This document shows, piece by piece, positions 12,901-26,835 of a stretch of 64,000 nucleotides of DNA; the stretch's first letter is position 1, and every line of letters begins with the position of its first letter. Below the pieces are notes generated by a model. It saw only the letters and a list, made by a program, of their open reading frames with translations, ran no database searches and was not told the origin of the DNA. This DNA comes from Ginglymostoma cirratum (lineage: Eukaryota), in NCBI GenBank assembly GCA_024137785.1, contig JAHRHZ010000166.1:1348917-1412916 (forward strand). Reading direction: 5' to 3'. The position numbers and the translations under genes are program-made.

Positions 12901-15445
12901 TGTATGTATTGATTAAAAAACTCCCTTGAATTCATTTCAAGAAATCCGCCCCCTCTAAACGCTTAACACCATGTATGATTAGGAAATTTATGCTGGGAAA
13001 TTTGAAATCTCCTGATATAATGACCAGCCTATTATTCATATACACCTCTATGAACTATCCACATTTTTGCTCCTGTATTTCCAACTGTCTCTTTGAAGGT
13101 CTACATAGTGTTCAGGGGTGTGTGGGTTATAGGGGGATGGGTCAGGTTGGAATGTTCCTAGGGTCAGTGTGGACTTGTTGGGCCAAAGGGCCTGTTTCCA
13201 AACTGTAGGGATTCTATGCCTAAATTCTACTCACAAAGCCTCATCTGAAACCCTTTCAAGGTATCATCACTCTTTATTATGGTAATTGACTCCTTAATTA
13301 ATAGTGCTGCAGTACCACCCTTTTCATATGCTCCTCTATGTCGCCTAAAGACCCTATAGCCCAGAATGCTGAGTTGAGTCCAGTCCTTCCCTCACCCATG
13401 TTTTTGTGATGGCAACAATATCATTTTTCATTGTGTTAATCCACCCATTAACTCATCGGCCTTACCTACTACACTCCCAGCATTAAAGACCATCAAATCT
13501 TACCTTACTCTCTTGACACTCAATATAATTGAGCTCACTGTGACTACCTTCTTTTGCTTTCGCACGATGTGCTTCTGTTTCATTGATATTCTGCGTCCCC
13601 TACCCCTGCCAGACAGTTTAAAATCCACCCAACATCCCTGGACACCAAGGAGGCAATTTACCAAAGCAAATTCACCTAAACTGCATATCTTTGGACTTAC
13701 CAGGAAATACAATGGGCGCTGGCAATAATGTTCAATTCCTGCATGACCAGAAGAGAGATGCGGGAGGACTGGAGGACAGCGAATATGGTATTATAATGCA
13801 AGAAAGGAGCAATGGATAAACCAGGACATTACAGACTGGTCAGTCTAAACTTTAGTGGCTTGGAAACTATTGGGAGCAATTCTGATTGACAGAATTAATC
13901 TGCATTTGGAGAGAAAAGGATAAATCAAGAACAGCCAGCATGGTTTGTCAGGGATAGTTTTGTCTGCCCAACTTGATTTTTTTTCAAGGAGGCGACCAGG
14001 TGTATTGATGTAGTCTACTTGGGCTTCAGCAAGAATTTTGATAAGATCCCACATGGAAGACTGATAACAAAGGGAAGAGCCCATGGTATTGAAGGAAATT
14101 TGACAAACTGGATAAACAATTGCCTGAATTGCAGGATACAGAGGTGGTGGCTGTGATGCATTTTTGGGGCCAGAATTCTATGTCAGTGGTGTCCCACAGA
14201 GATCAGTGTTGGTATAGTGTCATAGAGTCATACAGCATGTAAGGAGACCCTTTGGTCCAACTTGTCTGCAATGACCAGACATCCCAATCTGACCTAATCC
14301 TATTTGCTGTCATTTGGACCATATCCCTATAAAACTTTCCTATTTATAGACCCACCCAGATGTTTTTTAAGTCATATAATTCCCCAGATGCTTTTTAAGT
14401 CCTGTAATTGTACCCATTTCCACCAATTCCTCTGGCAGTTCCATACGTGCACCACCCTTCACATGAAATCATTACTACTCAGGTCCTTTTCTTAAACCTT
14501 TCATCCACGCCCTTCTGTTTTAGACACTACCACCCACTCAAGGAAAGAAAAATACCTTGGCTACTCACTATACCCCTTCTGATTTTAAAAACCTCTATAA
14601 GGTCAACCCCCACCTTTGATGCTCCTAGGTTTAAAAGAACCCAGCTTATTTAGCCTCTCCCTATAACTCAAACCTTCAGTCCTGGCAACATCCTTGAAAA
14701 TCTTTTTCTACTTCCTCTCAAGTTTAACAACATCTTTCTTATACAAGGGTGATAAGAACTGTAGGCAGTATTCCAAATGTGACCTCACCAATGCCCTGTA
14801 CAACCACAACATGGCATCCCAAGTTCTATACTCAATCATCTGACCAATGAAGGCAAGAATGCCAAATGCCTTCTTCACCACCTTGTCTACCTGCGAATCC
14901 ACTTGCAAGGAACCATGCACTTACACTCCTAGGTTTCTTTGTTCAGGAACGCTCCCCAGGTCTCTAATACTAACTGGATAAGACCAGCCCTGATTTGCCT
15001 TACCAAAATGCAAATTTATTAAATTAAACTCCATCCACCACTCTTTGCCCATCAGCCCATCTCATCACAGTTCCCTTGTATGCTGAGATAATCTTCTTCA
15101 CAATCCATTGGGCCAACTATTTTGGTGCAATATACAAACTCACTAACCATATCTCCTGTATTCGTATCCAAATGATTCATTTCAATGATGAAAGCAGTGG
15201 ATCCAACACCAATCCTCGTGGCACACCATTCGTCACATGCCTCAAGTCTGAAAAACAACCCTCTACCAGTACCCTCTGTCTCTTGCCTTCAAGCAAAGTT
15301 TGTATACAATTGGCTACCTCTCCCAGATCCCATGTGATCTAACCTTACTAACCAGACTACTATGCGGAACCTTGTTGAATCTTTTGCTGAATTCCATGTA
15401 GACAACGTCTACTGCTCTGGCTTCATTGATTTTCTTTGTCACCAC
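9985..15445. mobile_element. Cluster of decayed CR1 fragments in both orientations
   Basis: RT motifs SQHGF..RSCL.NL.E, YMDFSK.FDKV, QGSILG.LLF and KFAD in ORFs 11151-12101 (-); further pieces at 10380-11005 (+), 13740-14215 (+) and 14220-15445 (-). Confidence 0.85.
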
Positions 15446-15581
15446 AATGATATCTTGAAACCAGGTCATTGAGGTTAATTCTTAAGGGTTAATTAAACAA
15501 TACTACAAGCAATTGAAGACAAGTGGAAAATTACTGGTTTGGTGCAAGACAATTCTTTCGACTGAAGGCGACCATGTGACA

Positions 15582-15600
15582 TGGCCACCAGGGGGACTAT
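15582..15600 (+). promoter_or_regulatory. Candidate CTCF-binding site
   Basis: TGGCCACCAGGGGGACTA closely matches the consensus TGGCCACCAGGGGGCGCTA. Confidence 0.45.
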
Positions 15601-16169
15601 TTTCTGCAGACTGTGAAAGTACTGAAAGCACCCAAAATAGTATTAGCTTCAGGGACTCTGCAGCACTGGTTGGGCTCCAGTTTGGACTGAGCTCGTGACC
15701 AGTGACAAGAAACTCCAGTTCTCTAGACAAGTCATTGTAAAACTGGGTTCCCGATGGAAAGAAGGCAGCGCAGCCCGTTGGTAGACATCTGAAGCAGATT
15801 AAGGTAATCGATCCACTCATTAGTTTGCATATATTTCTAATATATCTTGTGAGTAAGTCACCACAAGTTACCTTTAACTCAGCTACTCGTTAAGAAATCC
15901 CACAGGCAGTCAAGTATTGAACCAATACTTTAAAATTGATTGCACGGAACAAAGAAAATAAGACCCCTCAAGTAAGCAAGTTATGCTTCACAACCCAACT
16001 TGGCTATTACCCGATTAATGGTGGAATCTGGCCAGGATTCCAATTAACAGTGTCTGAGTTTGAAAGTGTTCAGGGTTTGATCTTTGTATAGTGTCAGCCT
16101 TCGAAGTTCTGCTGAAGGGGGAGTTCTTGTGCTCAATTCTTACATGGATTATCATCCTTCAGGACATGT

Positions 16170-17280
16170 TAATATTAGTGCACTGAGGTGTGTTGTCGAA
16201 CAGAGAGACCTAGGGCTCAAGATATATAGTTCCTTGAAAATTGCATCACAGGTAGATAGGATGGAAAGGAAAGGATTTGGCATGCTTGCCATCATTGCTC
16301 AGACCATAGATTGTAGAATCCCTACAGTGTGGAAACAGGCCCTTCAGCCCAACAAGTCCACACGGACCCTCAGGCTCATCCCACCCAGACTCATCACCCT
16401 ATAACCCACCTAATCTACATATCCCTGAACACTATGGGTAATTTAGCATTGCCAATCCACCTAGACTGTACATCTTTGGACTGTGGGAGGAAACCAGAGC
16501 ACCCGGAGGAAACCCATGCAGACACGGGGAGAACATGCAAACTCCCCACAGACAGTCGCCAAAAGGTGGAATCAAACCCAGGTCCCTGGGGCTGTGAGGC
16601 AACAGTGTTAACCACTGAGCCACAAAGCCACCCTATAAAAACCACAGATGGGGAATCAGCTCTTGTCTGGGGCTTGAACCATAGGAGTTGGGATATCATA
16701 TTGCTGTTGTACAGGATGTTGGTAACACCACTTTTGGAGTACTATGTACAGTTCTGGTCACCCTGTTATAGGAAGGATATTATTAAATTGGATAGAGCGC
16801 AGAAAAAAGAAAAAAAAACCACAAGGATGTTACCGAGATTGGAAGGTTTGAGTTATAAGGCCAGAGGGGATAGCCTGGGACGTTTCTCACTGTAGCATAG
16901 AAGGTTGAGGGATGACCTTATGGGGTGTATAAGACATAAGGGACATTGATAAGGCGAATAGCAATGGTGATTTCCCTAGGGTAAGGGAGTTCAAAAGGAG
17001 GCAGCATAATATTAAGGTCAGAGGAGAAAGATTTAAAAGGGACCTGAGGGATAACGTTTTCACACAAGGGGTGATTCATGTGTGGAATGAACTGCCGGGG
17101 AAGTGGTAGATGTAGGTACAGTTACAACATTAAAAAGATCTCGTGCCAGGTACATGAATAGGATAAGGGCCAAACGCAGGCAAATGTAACATGTTTACTT
17201 TGGGAAAATTGATTGGCATGGACGTGTCAGACTGAAGCATCCGTTTTCATGCCGAATGATTTTACGACTCTACGATTCTT
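16170..17280 (+). mobile_element. CR1 LINE 3' fragment with nested HE1 SINE
   Basis: EQRDLG and LEYYVQFWSP motifs, CR1 tail. Confidence 0.85.
16313..16633 (-). mobile_element. HE1-type SINE
   Basis: Reverse complement of the 3662-3999 family. Confidence 0.9.
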
Positions 17281-17731
17281 TGGACTCCTTCATCCAAAAT
17301 GTTGATTTCTACTCTGGAACCCTTGAGTCGGCAGCTAGCTTCCTTATTAAAAGTAGCTTCTTTGTTTCTAATATTTGGTCTCAATTGTCTGTTTGAAGAC
17401 AATTTTCCTGTGATTCATTCGTTAAATTCTTCTGCAGAGCAACCCTTGTCCTTTGCGGCAATAAAGTATCCAGTTATCAAGCTGGTGTAAAACTTTCAAC
17501 TTCTTATTTTACCAGATGTGGTTAATTGCTTTCAATTCCTGTATATATTCATCCTTGTTCTTTAATAGCTTATTGCAGATATTGCGGCTTATTTCCGTGT
17601 AACAGTTTAGTTTTGTCGATACTTTCTATCCATGAGCAGATATTAAAGTTCTGAAGGTTATAATTCCGCAATCTAAAGTAGATTATACATTGTATATTGA
17701 TATGTATGTGTGTATGTGTTTATGTGTGTGT

Positions 17732-17772
<41 letters not shown>

Positions 17773-19176
17773 TGAGATTCAGCAGGACATTGTCGAGCCT
17801 GGATAATTTCGGTTATGAAGAGAGATTGGACAGACAGTAGGGTTGTTTTCTTACTTGCAGTGGAGATTAAGAGAGGACATGATTGAGGTATAAAATGATG
17901 TGGAGCATAGATAAGGTAGGCAGGAAGAAGCCTTCTTCCCTTGATGGAGTGATCAACCATGATATGACTAGATTTAAGATAAGGGGTACAAGTTTTAGAG
18001 GAGATGTGAGGATAAGCATTTTCACTTCAAGTGTGGTGGGAATCTCGACCTCAATGTGTATATGCTGGTAGGGGCAGAAATTCTCATAATACTGAAGAAG
18101 TATTTAGAAGTCCACTTGTAGTGCAAAGGCACGACATTCACATTAATTACAACGACTAAGGGTGTGAAGCAGATTGTGCCAATATACAAGTCTTAAGCAA
18201 AATTCCCCAGGTTTCGACTGATGAAAGGTAAGTACCATTCGTTCATGTTGCAGAAATGAAAGAGAATGAACATCAACAAGAAAATTGAGAGAAACCATCT
18301 CCACTTGACAATCAAAGGCATTAAGTGCCATTATTAAGGACATAGTATACAAAAAGTATTGCAATGGGACTTTTTTTCCTGTTTTAAAGCCAAATGTAAA
18401 GCTTCTGTTCCCAATGCAAAGTGACTTGACAAACTACTCTACGTTAAGCAAAATACAATTTATTTAGTCAGAAGTCATACCACACCAGATTATAACCCAA
18501 CAAGTTTATTTGATATCACAGGCTTTTGGAGCACTGTTTCTTTGTGATATCTCATGTGACCCCTGGCTTCATCCAGCACTCTAACCACACTAAAAACTGT
18601 AGTTAAAACACAACCAAAGAAACAGGAATTTAGAATAAGTTAACTCTGTTGGAAATTTAACACAATAATAGATACAGTAACTATTACGAATTAATTGTTC
18701 CAATAAAATAACGTCCTATAAACACACCCATTGGCCAACTCTTGTACTCAATACCCCATCCGATGAAGGAAAGCATGCCGTCTTCCTTCTTGACCACTCT
18801 ATTGACCTGCGTTGCCACCTGTGGGAACAATGGACCTGAACACCCAGATCTCTCTGTAGCTTTGTTGGGGCGGTTGCTGTGGAAGTTGAGGATTTGATCA
18901 GTGTGGGTTATTTTTCTGTATACTGAGGTTTGGAACTCCCCATTTGTCAATCGCTCTACTTTGACATCCAGAAACGGAAGTTGCTTGTTGTTTTCTTCTT
19001 CTCTTGTGAATTTTATCCCTGTGAATATGGTGTTGATGAGGTGGTGGGTCTCTTCTAATTTGTTGCATTTCATGATGACAAATGTATCATCTACGTACCG
19101 GTAACCACAGTAACAAAGTAACTATACTAGACCGAGCCAAACATAGACACACACAGGAATTTCTAGAGGCATGGCA

Positions 19177-19492
19177 GAACAGTGGCCAGTGGTTAGCACT
19201 GCTGCCTCACAGTGCCAGGGACCCGGATTTGATTCCACACTCAGGCGACTGTCTGTGTGGATTTTGCGCGTTCTCCCAGCGTCTGCGTGGGTTTCCTCCG
19301 GGTGCACCGGTTTCCTCCCACAGTCCAAAGGTGTGCAGGCTAGGTAGATTGGCCATGCTAAATTTCCCATAGTGTTCAGGGATGTTTAGATTAGGTGGGT
19401 TTATAGGGGGATGGGTCTGAGTGGGATGCGCTATGGGTCGGTATAGACTTGTTGGGCCGATGTACCTGTTTCCACACTGAGGGATTCTATGA
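19177..19492 (+). mobile_element. HE1-type SINE nested in the Penelope element
   Basis: Same family as 3662-3999. Confidence 0.9.
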
Positions 19493-19637
19493 TCTTCTAT
19501 GAATAACAAACATATAGAAATGGACCCCATATATAGGTTCAAACAGATCAAAACCGAAATGACAGTATTCAAAACAACAGACCAGGCAGTATTAATTCCA
19601 AGCAGAGTAGAATAACATTGCTTCATCGGAGGGTCCA

Positions 19638-19671
19638 CTGATGATGTCACCTACCATGGTGATGAAACGTC
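19638..19671 (+). ncRNA. Hammerhead ribozyme core in Penelope pLTR (second copy 21177-21210 with C-to-T in the CUGA box)
   Basis: CTGATGA-T-GTCACC(TACCAT)GGTGAT-GAAA-C-GTC. Confidence 0.7.
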
Positions 19672-20724
19672 TGAAAACAAAGAAGCCAGCACGGCGAGCA
19701 AGTTAACAACCTCATCCACAAGCCGAGCTATTGATCTTTACTAAAATTTCAAACAACTACAGGCATAGCACGCTAAAAATTGCCAGATAATGGGAAACCT
19801 TTGCCAACTGACTGAGCTCCAGTCGCGAACAACTTCACTTCCTCAACGAATGCCTCAGGAACTAGGTACTGCACCGCAGCGTGAAATACAAATTTCCACT
19901 CAATGACCCATGGGCAAACAAAATAGCTAAACAGAACCAACACAAAATGCTACGAGCAATGATTAATGATGCCCATAACCGATTCCACAGGTACGAATGA
20001 GAAATTGCCCACCAAAAATAAATGTATCTAAACACTACAAATCAGCAATGGACTACAATGCTAGAAGAAGCCATCACCATCAATCAACACAAAACCAAAA
20101 CAAATGAAGGATCACGAACTACAGGAGAAACTCACCAAACTGGTCCACCACAAATACAGGACAATAATCCCGACACATGGATAAGAAACCTATCCAGCAG
20201 ATGACTCACAGAAACTGAGAAAGATGTCCTGTTACGCGGACTGAACTATAACCACAAAGATGCAAACAGAACAGACTTCATGGCTGCTCTGGAGAATACA
20301 TTGAAAGATAACAAACACACCGACGAAACACAACAAGCCATCCAACAAACTATAATCCCCACGCTACACAGAAGGAACAAAGGGGAGAACTTGAACACAG
20401 TATAGGGAAAAGCACTAGATAAATTCAGGAAAGACAAGAACATCAAAACTCTACCAGCAGACAAAGGGCGCATGATCGTCATTATGAACAAAACAGACTA
20501 GTTGAGAAAGCACAGGCATTGCTTGCAGATACAAACACTTACCGACAGGTGGCGATAGACACAACACCCCAGCGAGGTAATAGAATCATCCAGACACTAA
20601 AGCGTCAAATGAATGCAGGGCAGATAACCAAGACAGACTTCATGAGAATGAAACCAGAAGGCACAAACACCCCCTGCTTCGATGAACTGCCTAAAATACA
20701 TAAACCAGACATCCCTCTCAGGCC

Positions 20725-20816
20725 TTTCTGAAGAGGGGTCTAGGCCTGAAATGTCAGCCTTCCTGCTTCTCTGTTGCTGCTTGGCCCGCTGTGTTCATCC
20801 AGCTCTACACCTTGTT
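20725..20816 (+). mobile_element. Short PLE-derived hammerhead element with 14-bp TSD
   Basis: ATCCCTCTCAGGCC duplicated at 20711-20724 and 20817-20830. Confidence 0.8.
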
Positions 20817-21374
20817 ATCCCTCTCAGGCCCATTGCTCCCTTACAATACACACCTTCACACAAACTGGCCAAGGACCTACAACAGAGATTGAAACACCTA
20901 GTAAACGGATCACCTCATTCTATCCCTCAACCCAAGATTTCCTCGATACCCTCAAGAACATAAAAATCAGCGATGATGAGATTACGGTCTTCTATGCTGT
21001 CACAGCTTTATTCACATCCCATGACATCCCAGGAATTCCTTCAATCATCAAACAGAAGTTGACCCCATATGTAGACCCATACAGATCAAAACCAGAAATA
21101 TCAGTACTCACCACAACGGACTAGGCAGTTTAAATTCCAAGCGGAGTAGAATAAAGTCTCTTCATCGGAGGATCCATTGATGATTTCACCTAGCATGGTG
21201 ACGAAACGTCTGAACAAAAACAAGCCAGCTCGGCGAGCAAGTCAACAATCTCATTCACAACCAGAGTTACAGATCTTTGCCAAAAGTTTAAGCTTCTGAT
21301 GCTACTCAGAAATCCTGACCTGTAAGAGTTGGCCACACCCATTCAAGCTGCATTGAAAAAAAAGCCACGACCTC

Positions 21375-21963
21375 TGTTAGTGAAAGAAGTCAAAGAGCAG
21401 CCTCGAGGTCTGTGTTCAGGAGCACAATCGATCTTTATTTGCTCTCTTCACCACGTGTGCAGGAGATTCCAGTGACTACTCCAAATCTGGCCTTCGCGTG
21501 GGGCACAGTCACAATCTTAAATCAAGCTCAGGTCAGATGAGAAGTCAACGATGCTCTGCTTTCCCAAGTGCGATACAGCATTTTTATACATTTTGCGTTG
21601 CAATAATTGCATGCAACATAGTCATCGTTCCTTCCCCCTTCATCCGTACATCCAACTCTGTGACATACCTGATCAATGATGGATGCCCTACGGACAGCCT
21701 TAGGTTACCCATGACCTCATAATGTTTACCAGTCATCGTATCCTCAGGCCTTGGGATCTTACAATGTACCCATCAATTCACATCCCAAAGTTAACAGTTA
21801 TGGAATTTTTCAGACATTTTCCAGACCTCCTTATGTCTAATTACTGCTTGATTTCTGTAATTCATTGCATTCATTGCTATCCCTCTCAAATTCTGTAACC
21901 AGTCTTATATTTCCCCCTGTCCTAATCACAGGAGATACAAAACGAGATTACTTCTTACTAACT
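21375..21963 (-). mobile_element. Probable solo LTR
   Basis: Imperfect terminal inverted repeats TGTTAGTGAAAGAAGT / ACTTCTTACTAACT; TATA-like and AATAAA in order on the minus strand; no clean TSD. Confidence 0.4.
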
Positions 21964-23599
21964 TTCTTCAAAGATTCATAATTTGTTTCTAATGTAAAGT
22001 TAATTATGTGTAAAGTTTTATGATGTCCAACCTGTTGGACTATAACCTGGTATCATGTGACTTCTCACTTTGTAAAGTTTTATGTTCACACCTACTGTTG
22101 CATTCTTTGCCTAATGAGTTGCGTGCAGTTTCTGAGCCACCTGACCTTAGAGGCTAGGTTAAACACTGCCCCTCTATCTTGCAGCTGCATAATAACTCAA
22201 TGTAAAACTTAATGTCCTTACTCTGACTAACTCTTTTACCTAATAGGACAACATCTTTTCCATTAATAAGACTAAAAACTCAATCACGTCCACAGCTCAA
22301 TGAACTAGACTGATCTCCTAAGTTCTTACAAGGCATAATGCCACCTTTATCATTTGTCTCTGTTATTGTGGAATACTAATTTTCTTTTTAATGCTTGCTA
22401 CAAACTTCAGGCTGTCTGCTCTTATACATCTCTTATAATACTGTCTCCTACAGATATCTGCAGCTGTTGTTTTTTTTTAACAGAGCTCCGTGGGTATTGA
22501 TTTTTAAGATTTTTTGTTCAAAGTGGACCTGTTACCCTGAGATAATACCTTCTCAAACCTACTATCATACTAGCTTATAGCCTCACTTTAATGCTGTATC
22601 AAGCAAGCTAATTCTGCGACTGCAGCTGAAGTTATGCCAACTAGCAACCATATTGTTCCATTTCTGACCAGGGGCTGCACCAACAGCCACCCAATCTGTT
22701 TACTCAGGTGGAGTTCAGTAGTTAGCTTGTCACCTCTACCTGACAACTTCTCTTCAACAACAAAGGAGAAAATAACCTCTTAAAGTCACAGCACCATTGC
22801 AATAGCTGTGACAATAATAAATCAAATCAAATCCATTCATACTGCTTGTATTACACCAACTTTGTAATAGCCACACAAGCTGTTCACTCAAGTAACCCTC
22901 AGTAGTCAGCTCTATCCACTGCCTTACAACCTCTCATCAAAACAAAAGAAGAAAATACCTCTTGAAGTGACAGCACCATCACAGTGCAGTGAAAAGTTTG
23001 GTACGGGCAGGTCATACCATATGAAGTGCACAGGGTCCTAGCACAGATTGAAGAATACAATGATACAGCAGCAGAGAAGGTGCACGGAGAACAAGATCAA
23101 CATTACAGTAAAATTTGAGCTATCCATTCAGAAGTCCCATGGAGTCAGGCTGCGACACAACCGGGTTTTAGTTTAGTTTGAAGCTGGATGTGGAAGCTAT
23201 TATTCCTGTCCCTGTTAAAGGTAAAAGTTGGAGTTTTCTCTGCTGTGAAAATTGAACATGAGACAATCTATTTTGAAGAATTTATATTAGCCAAGGATAT
23301 GTTTATGGAATGCTAATATATTGGAATTTGTATGTTTAGTAGTTAAATAATCTATTATTCTGTTAAGTTTTCCAATAGAGTTAAGTTAAATCAATTCTTC
23401 TGTCATTTGTTTACCTTTTAAGTGCACAGTAAGAATAAAGTATGTTTTGTTTAAAATTGAGTAGTGTAACCAATCGAATTACAACGGGAACACAACACCT
23501 TACACTTACCTTTAAATCAGATAAAAGATAGAGTCTATGCTATTTCTTTGTTATATTTGAAGGCGGCTTGGAATCCAAAAAAATTGGACTCTTGTCAGA

Positions 23600-24050
23600 C
23601 CTGTGCTCTGCGTGCACCAATCAACCCGAACTTCTGATTGTGATCCACTTTAACTTACCCTTCCACTTCCCTGGTGACATGTCCATCATTGGTTTCCTCC
23701 ACTGTCAGAGTGAGGCCTATCATAAAACTGGAGGAATAACACTTCATATTCTGCCTTGGAAGCTTACAACCCAATGGCTTGAATATTGACTGTGTCAGCT
23801 TCAAAATCTCTTCCAACTCACCTATCCGCTCCACCCTTCCTACTAGTCAACCACAGTAACCCCCCTATCTGCACCCACCCACTCTCCATCCCAACTGCCC
23901 TCCCCCCAGCTCCACCCCTATCTCTCTATTTATTTCTGGACTCCCCACCCCCTCCGCCTCCACAGTCCTGATGAAAGGTTTCCACCTGAAATATTGACTT
24001 CCCTATTCTTCGGATGCTGTCTGACCTGCTGTGCTTTTCCAGCTCCACGT
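23600..24050 (+). mobile_element. Degenerate Penelope-like 3' fragment
   Basis: Diverged homologue of 8161-8724, including CTGATGA..GAAA near 23968-23992. Confidence 0.6.
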
Positions 24051-24390
24051 TTATTGTCTCTTTCCTGCATTCTGTCTCATCATTGTTTGCCATCTGACCC
24101 ACTACAGTGGTGTGATCAGAGCTGAATTTGGTCACATAGTCGTGAGTGTATAAGAAGTATAGTAGTGGGCTGAGTACACAGCTTTGTGGTGTACTGGTGT
24201 TGAGGATTATTGTGGAGGAGGTATTGTTACTTACCCTTACTAATTACTGTCCACGGGTTAAGAAATCAAGAATTCAGTTTCAGAGGGGGGACCAGAGTAC
24301 TAGATATCGAAGTTTGGAGATGAGGTTGGTTACATTATGGTGTTGAAGGTGGATTTAATGTAAATAAATAGGAGCATGATGTAAGTGTAT
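24050..24390 (-). mobile_element. Rex1/Babar-like LINE RT fragment
   Basis: DHTTVVGQMANNDETECRKE resembles the Rex1 DDTTVVG motif region. Confidence 0.6.
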
Positions 24391-25241
24391 TCCCACTGTA
24401 TCCCAAAGACATTGGTGTCTTTTGTTTAAGCTACAGACCAACTGTCTAGAATTCATTATTGTATGGTCTAGTACTGACTATTCAAAAAGTTTCGCTAGTA
24501 ATCCATTGGAGTAAATTGTCAGGGTCTAATTTTTACTGTGCTGCGACTACAGAGGTAGAAAAGCTGATATGGTTCAGCCGCTTTTCTCCATTTCGCAACA
24601 ATATGTTCATGTTAACTTTCCCAGGCTCCCTAGGATCAGGAAAGGTTCCATCAACCTGTAAAGTAGCAAATATCCTTATTTTAGAAGACAGGGTGGTACA
24701 TAATAGGAAATTCTAGTCAATTGAGCATGGCTTCTATCGCAGGGAAGGTGTTTGAATCAGTCATTAAAAAGGTTTGACCGCAAGTCTGGCAGCAATCATG
24801 ATATCCCTGAAGAGTGATCATGGTGCAGTGAAGAAAAAATCATGTTCAACCAGTTAATCAGATTTTATTGAGGAATTTGCATCGGTTGTGGAAATGTAGG
24901 AGAGTCGCAGCATATAATTTTGTTTGTTCTCGTCAGTATTCCATTTGATCTATTGGTCCGCATCATTACTTTTAAACTGCACAAAACTGTATTGCAAAAA
25001 TAATTACAATTTCGCATTTATTTTTCGCTGGAGTATTTTCACGACCTCATACAGAAATTTAAAACACAATTCAAAGAATTTAGAAGTATAACAATATAGA
25101 ATGATTGTTGAAACATGTTTGTTTATCACAAGGGCAGAAGTTATACGCAACCATAGGGGATAATTTGGCATTTGACGTTACTTCAGCTGAAATGTAGCAG
25201 AATGTTTACACTCTCTGAATGGATAATCAGACATTCATGAA

Positions 25242-25394
25242 CGTTTGATAACAAGATGTAGAGCTTCTGAAGAAGGGTCTAGGCTTGAAACATTAGCCTT
25301 CCTGCTCCTCTGATGCTGCTTGGCCTGCTGTGTTCATCCAGCTCGACACCTTGTTATCTCAGATTCTCCAGCATCTGCAGCTCCTACTATCTCT
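25242..25394 (+). mobile_element. Short PLE-derived hammerhead element with 9-bp TSD
   Basis: ATTCATGAA at 25233-25241 and 25395-25403. Confidence 0.75.
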
Positions 25395-26429
25395 ATTCAT
25401 GAAAGTGTGTTCAATTCTATTCCTAGGACAATTACAGAAATTAATAGTAACAAGTCCCACAAATCTTAGTTTTTTGGAAGTGTCAATCAGCATGTGTGAG
25501 TCACTGTTGATTAGTTAAGGTAAGAGATATTCTCGTGAACTAAATTGAACATTTTGAGGAAGTGTTGTTTTAATTGTTAGATACGAAGAAAACATTTTGC
25601 ATCATGTAGGTTAGTTAAGGTAGAAACAACTGATATAATCCAAGAAACTTTGACGATTTTGATCCAACAATGATTATTTTTGAGAAAGCACTTGAGTTTT
25701 CAATTGAATGATCTGCAGGCAGTTGTGATATACAGTAATGAAGTAAATATTGTCAAAATATGCATCGTACCAGAACAGGCATCAAGAGCAACTAGCATAC
25801 ACCTAAAGATTTGTTTCCAACCATTAAGAAGTTGTACAGGAAACATACAGACCCGGAGGGTGGTCACTATCTTGACTTCACAGTCAGAAAGGGTGGTAAA
25901 GGAGGCAACTATCACGAATTTAAAAAGGAGTTGGAGGCCATGTTTCTATGTATGTTTCAGGTTTAGTGATCTAACAGAGGTAATTAGAAGCAGGCTGTTT
26001 CCAAATTCTTTGCTGCACACACAGAAACATTGAGTTGAATCGTCGCTGTCAGTCTCATAAATGGTTTATGATTTCAAGTTGTAATTTAAAGAAAAAGTTG
26101 GATAACTCCCACTTTAGATTTAAGTGTTGGTTTGGAAATTGGTCATGATATTGAGTCATTCAAGTGTCGATACTTCGGAAGAAGCTTTGAACTGAGAAAT
26201 GGCACTTAACGTATTTTGAGTGAGGGAATGCAATGACTGTCATCAGGCATACCTTTACCACACTAAGTGAGCTTTATAAGTCAAGGGAATATATCTCCAA
26301 GGCTGGACCTGTGTCATTCGCTGGTAGGTCGGTCAAGGAAGAGGGGAGATTGGTCCTGAACTGGCCTGTACCAATCTAATGTCACAGTCATAACTGTCTC
26401 TGTCAGCAAGTGTAGGATGGATTTTTCTT

Positions 26430-26745
26430 TTTGTTATTATTAATCCTTGGGATGAGACCATCTTTGGCTAGGCCCAGCATTTATTGCCCACCCTTAATTG
26501 CCCATGAAGTCAACCACATTGCTGGAGGCCTGGAGTCACAAGTAGTCCAGACCAAAGAAGGAGGAAGTTTCCTCTCCTAAAGTGTGTTAATGAACCAAAT
26601 GGATTTTTCAATCGATCGAGAGTGGATTTATTGTCATCATTAGATTTTTATTGAATTCAAATATCACCATCTGCCGTGGCGGGATTTGAACGCAGGTCAC
26701 CAGGACATTACTAGATCTCATGCTTAATAGTCTAGTGATAATTAC
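26430..26745 (-). mobile_element. tRNA-derived SINE sharing its 3' end with the adjacent LINE
   Basis: B box GTTCAAATCC (minus) at about 26682-26691; CCAGCATTTATTGCCC is shared with about 26879-26894. Confidence 0.7.
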
Positions 26746-26835
26746 AGCTGAGAACAATCCTCACTGTGTTCCTGTATTAACATTAGGTTAGTGTTATGGA
26801 CCAGACGTAAACCCCTTTCAAATACAACAAGGACT

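Larger units (their letters stand above)
18860..21291 (+). mobile_element. Penelope-like retroelement: inverted RT fragment, pLTR, decayed RT ORF, second pLTR
   Basis: Inverted FTREEE..LPFLDV..TSVYRK.THTD at 18860-19095; NLS..LTETEK.VL.RGLNY, ADKG, LPKIHK..PLRP and ALFT motifs at 20180-21020; direct repeats about 19505-19752 and 21048-21291. Confidence 0.85.
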
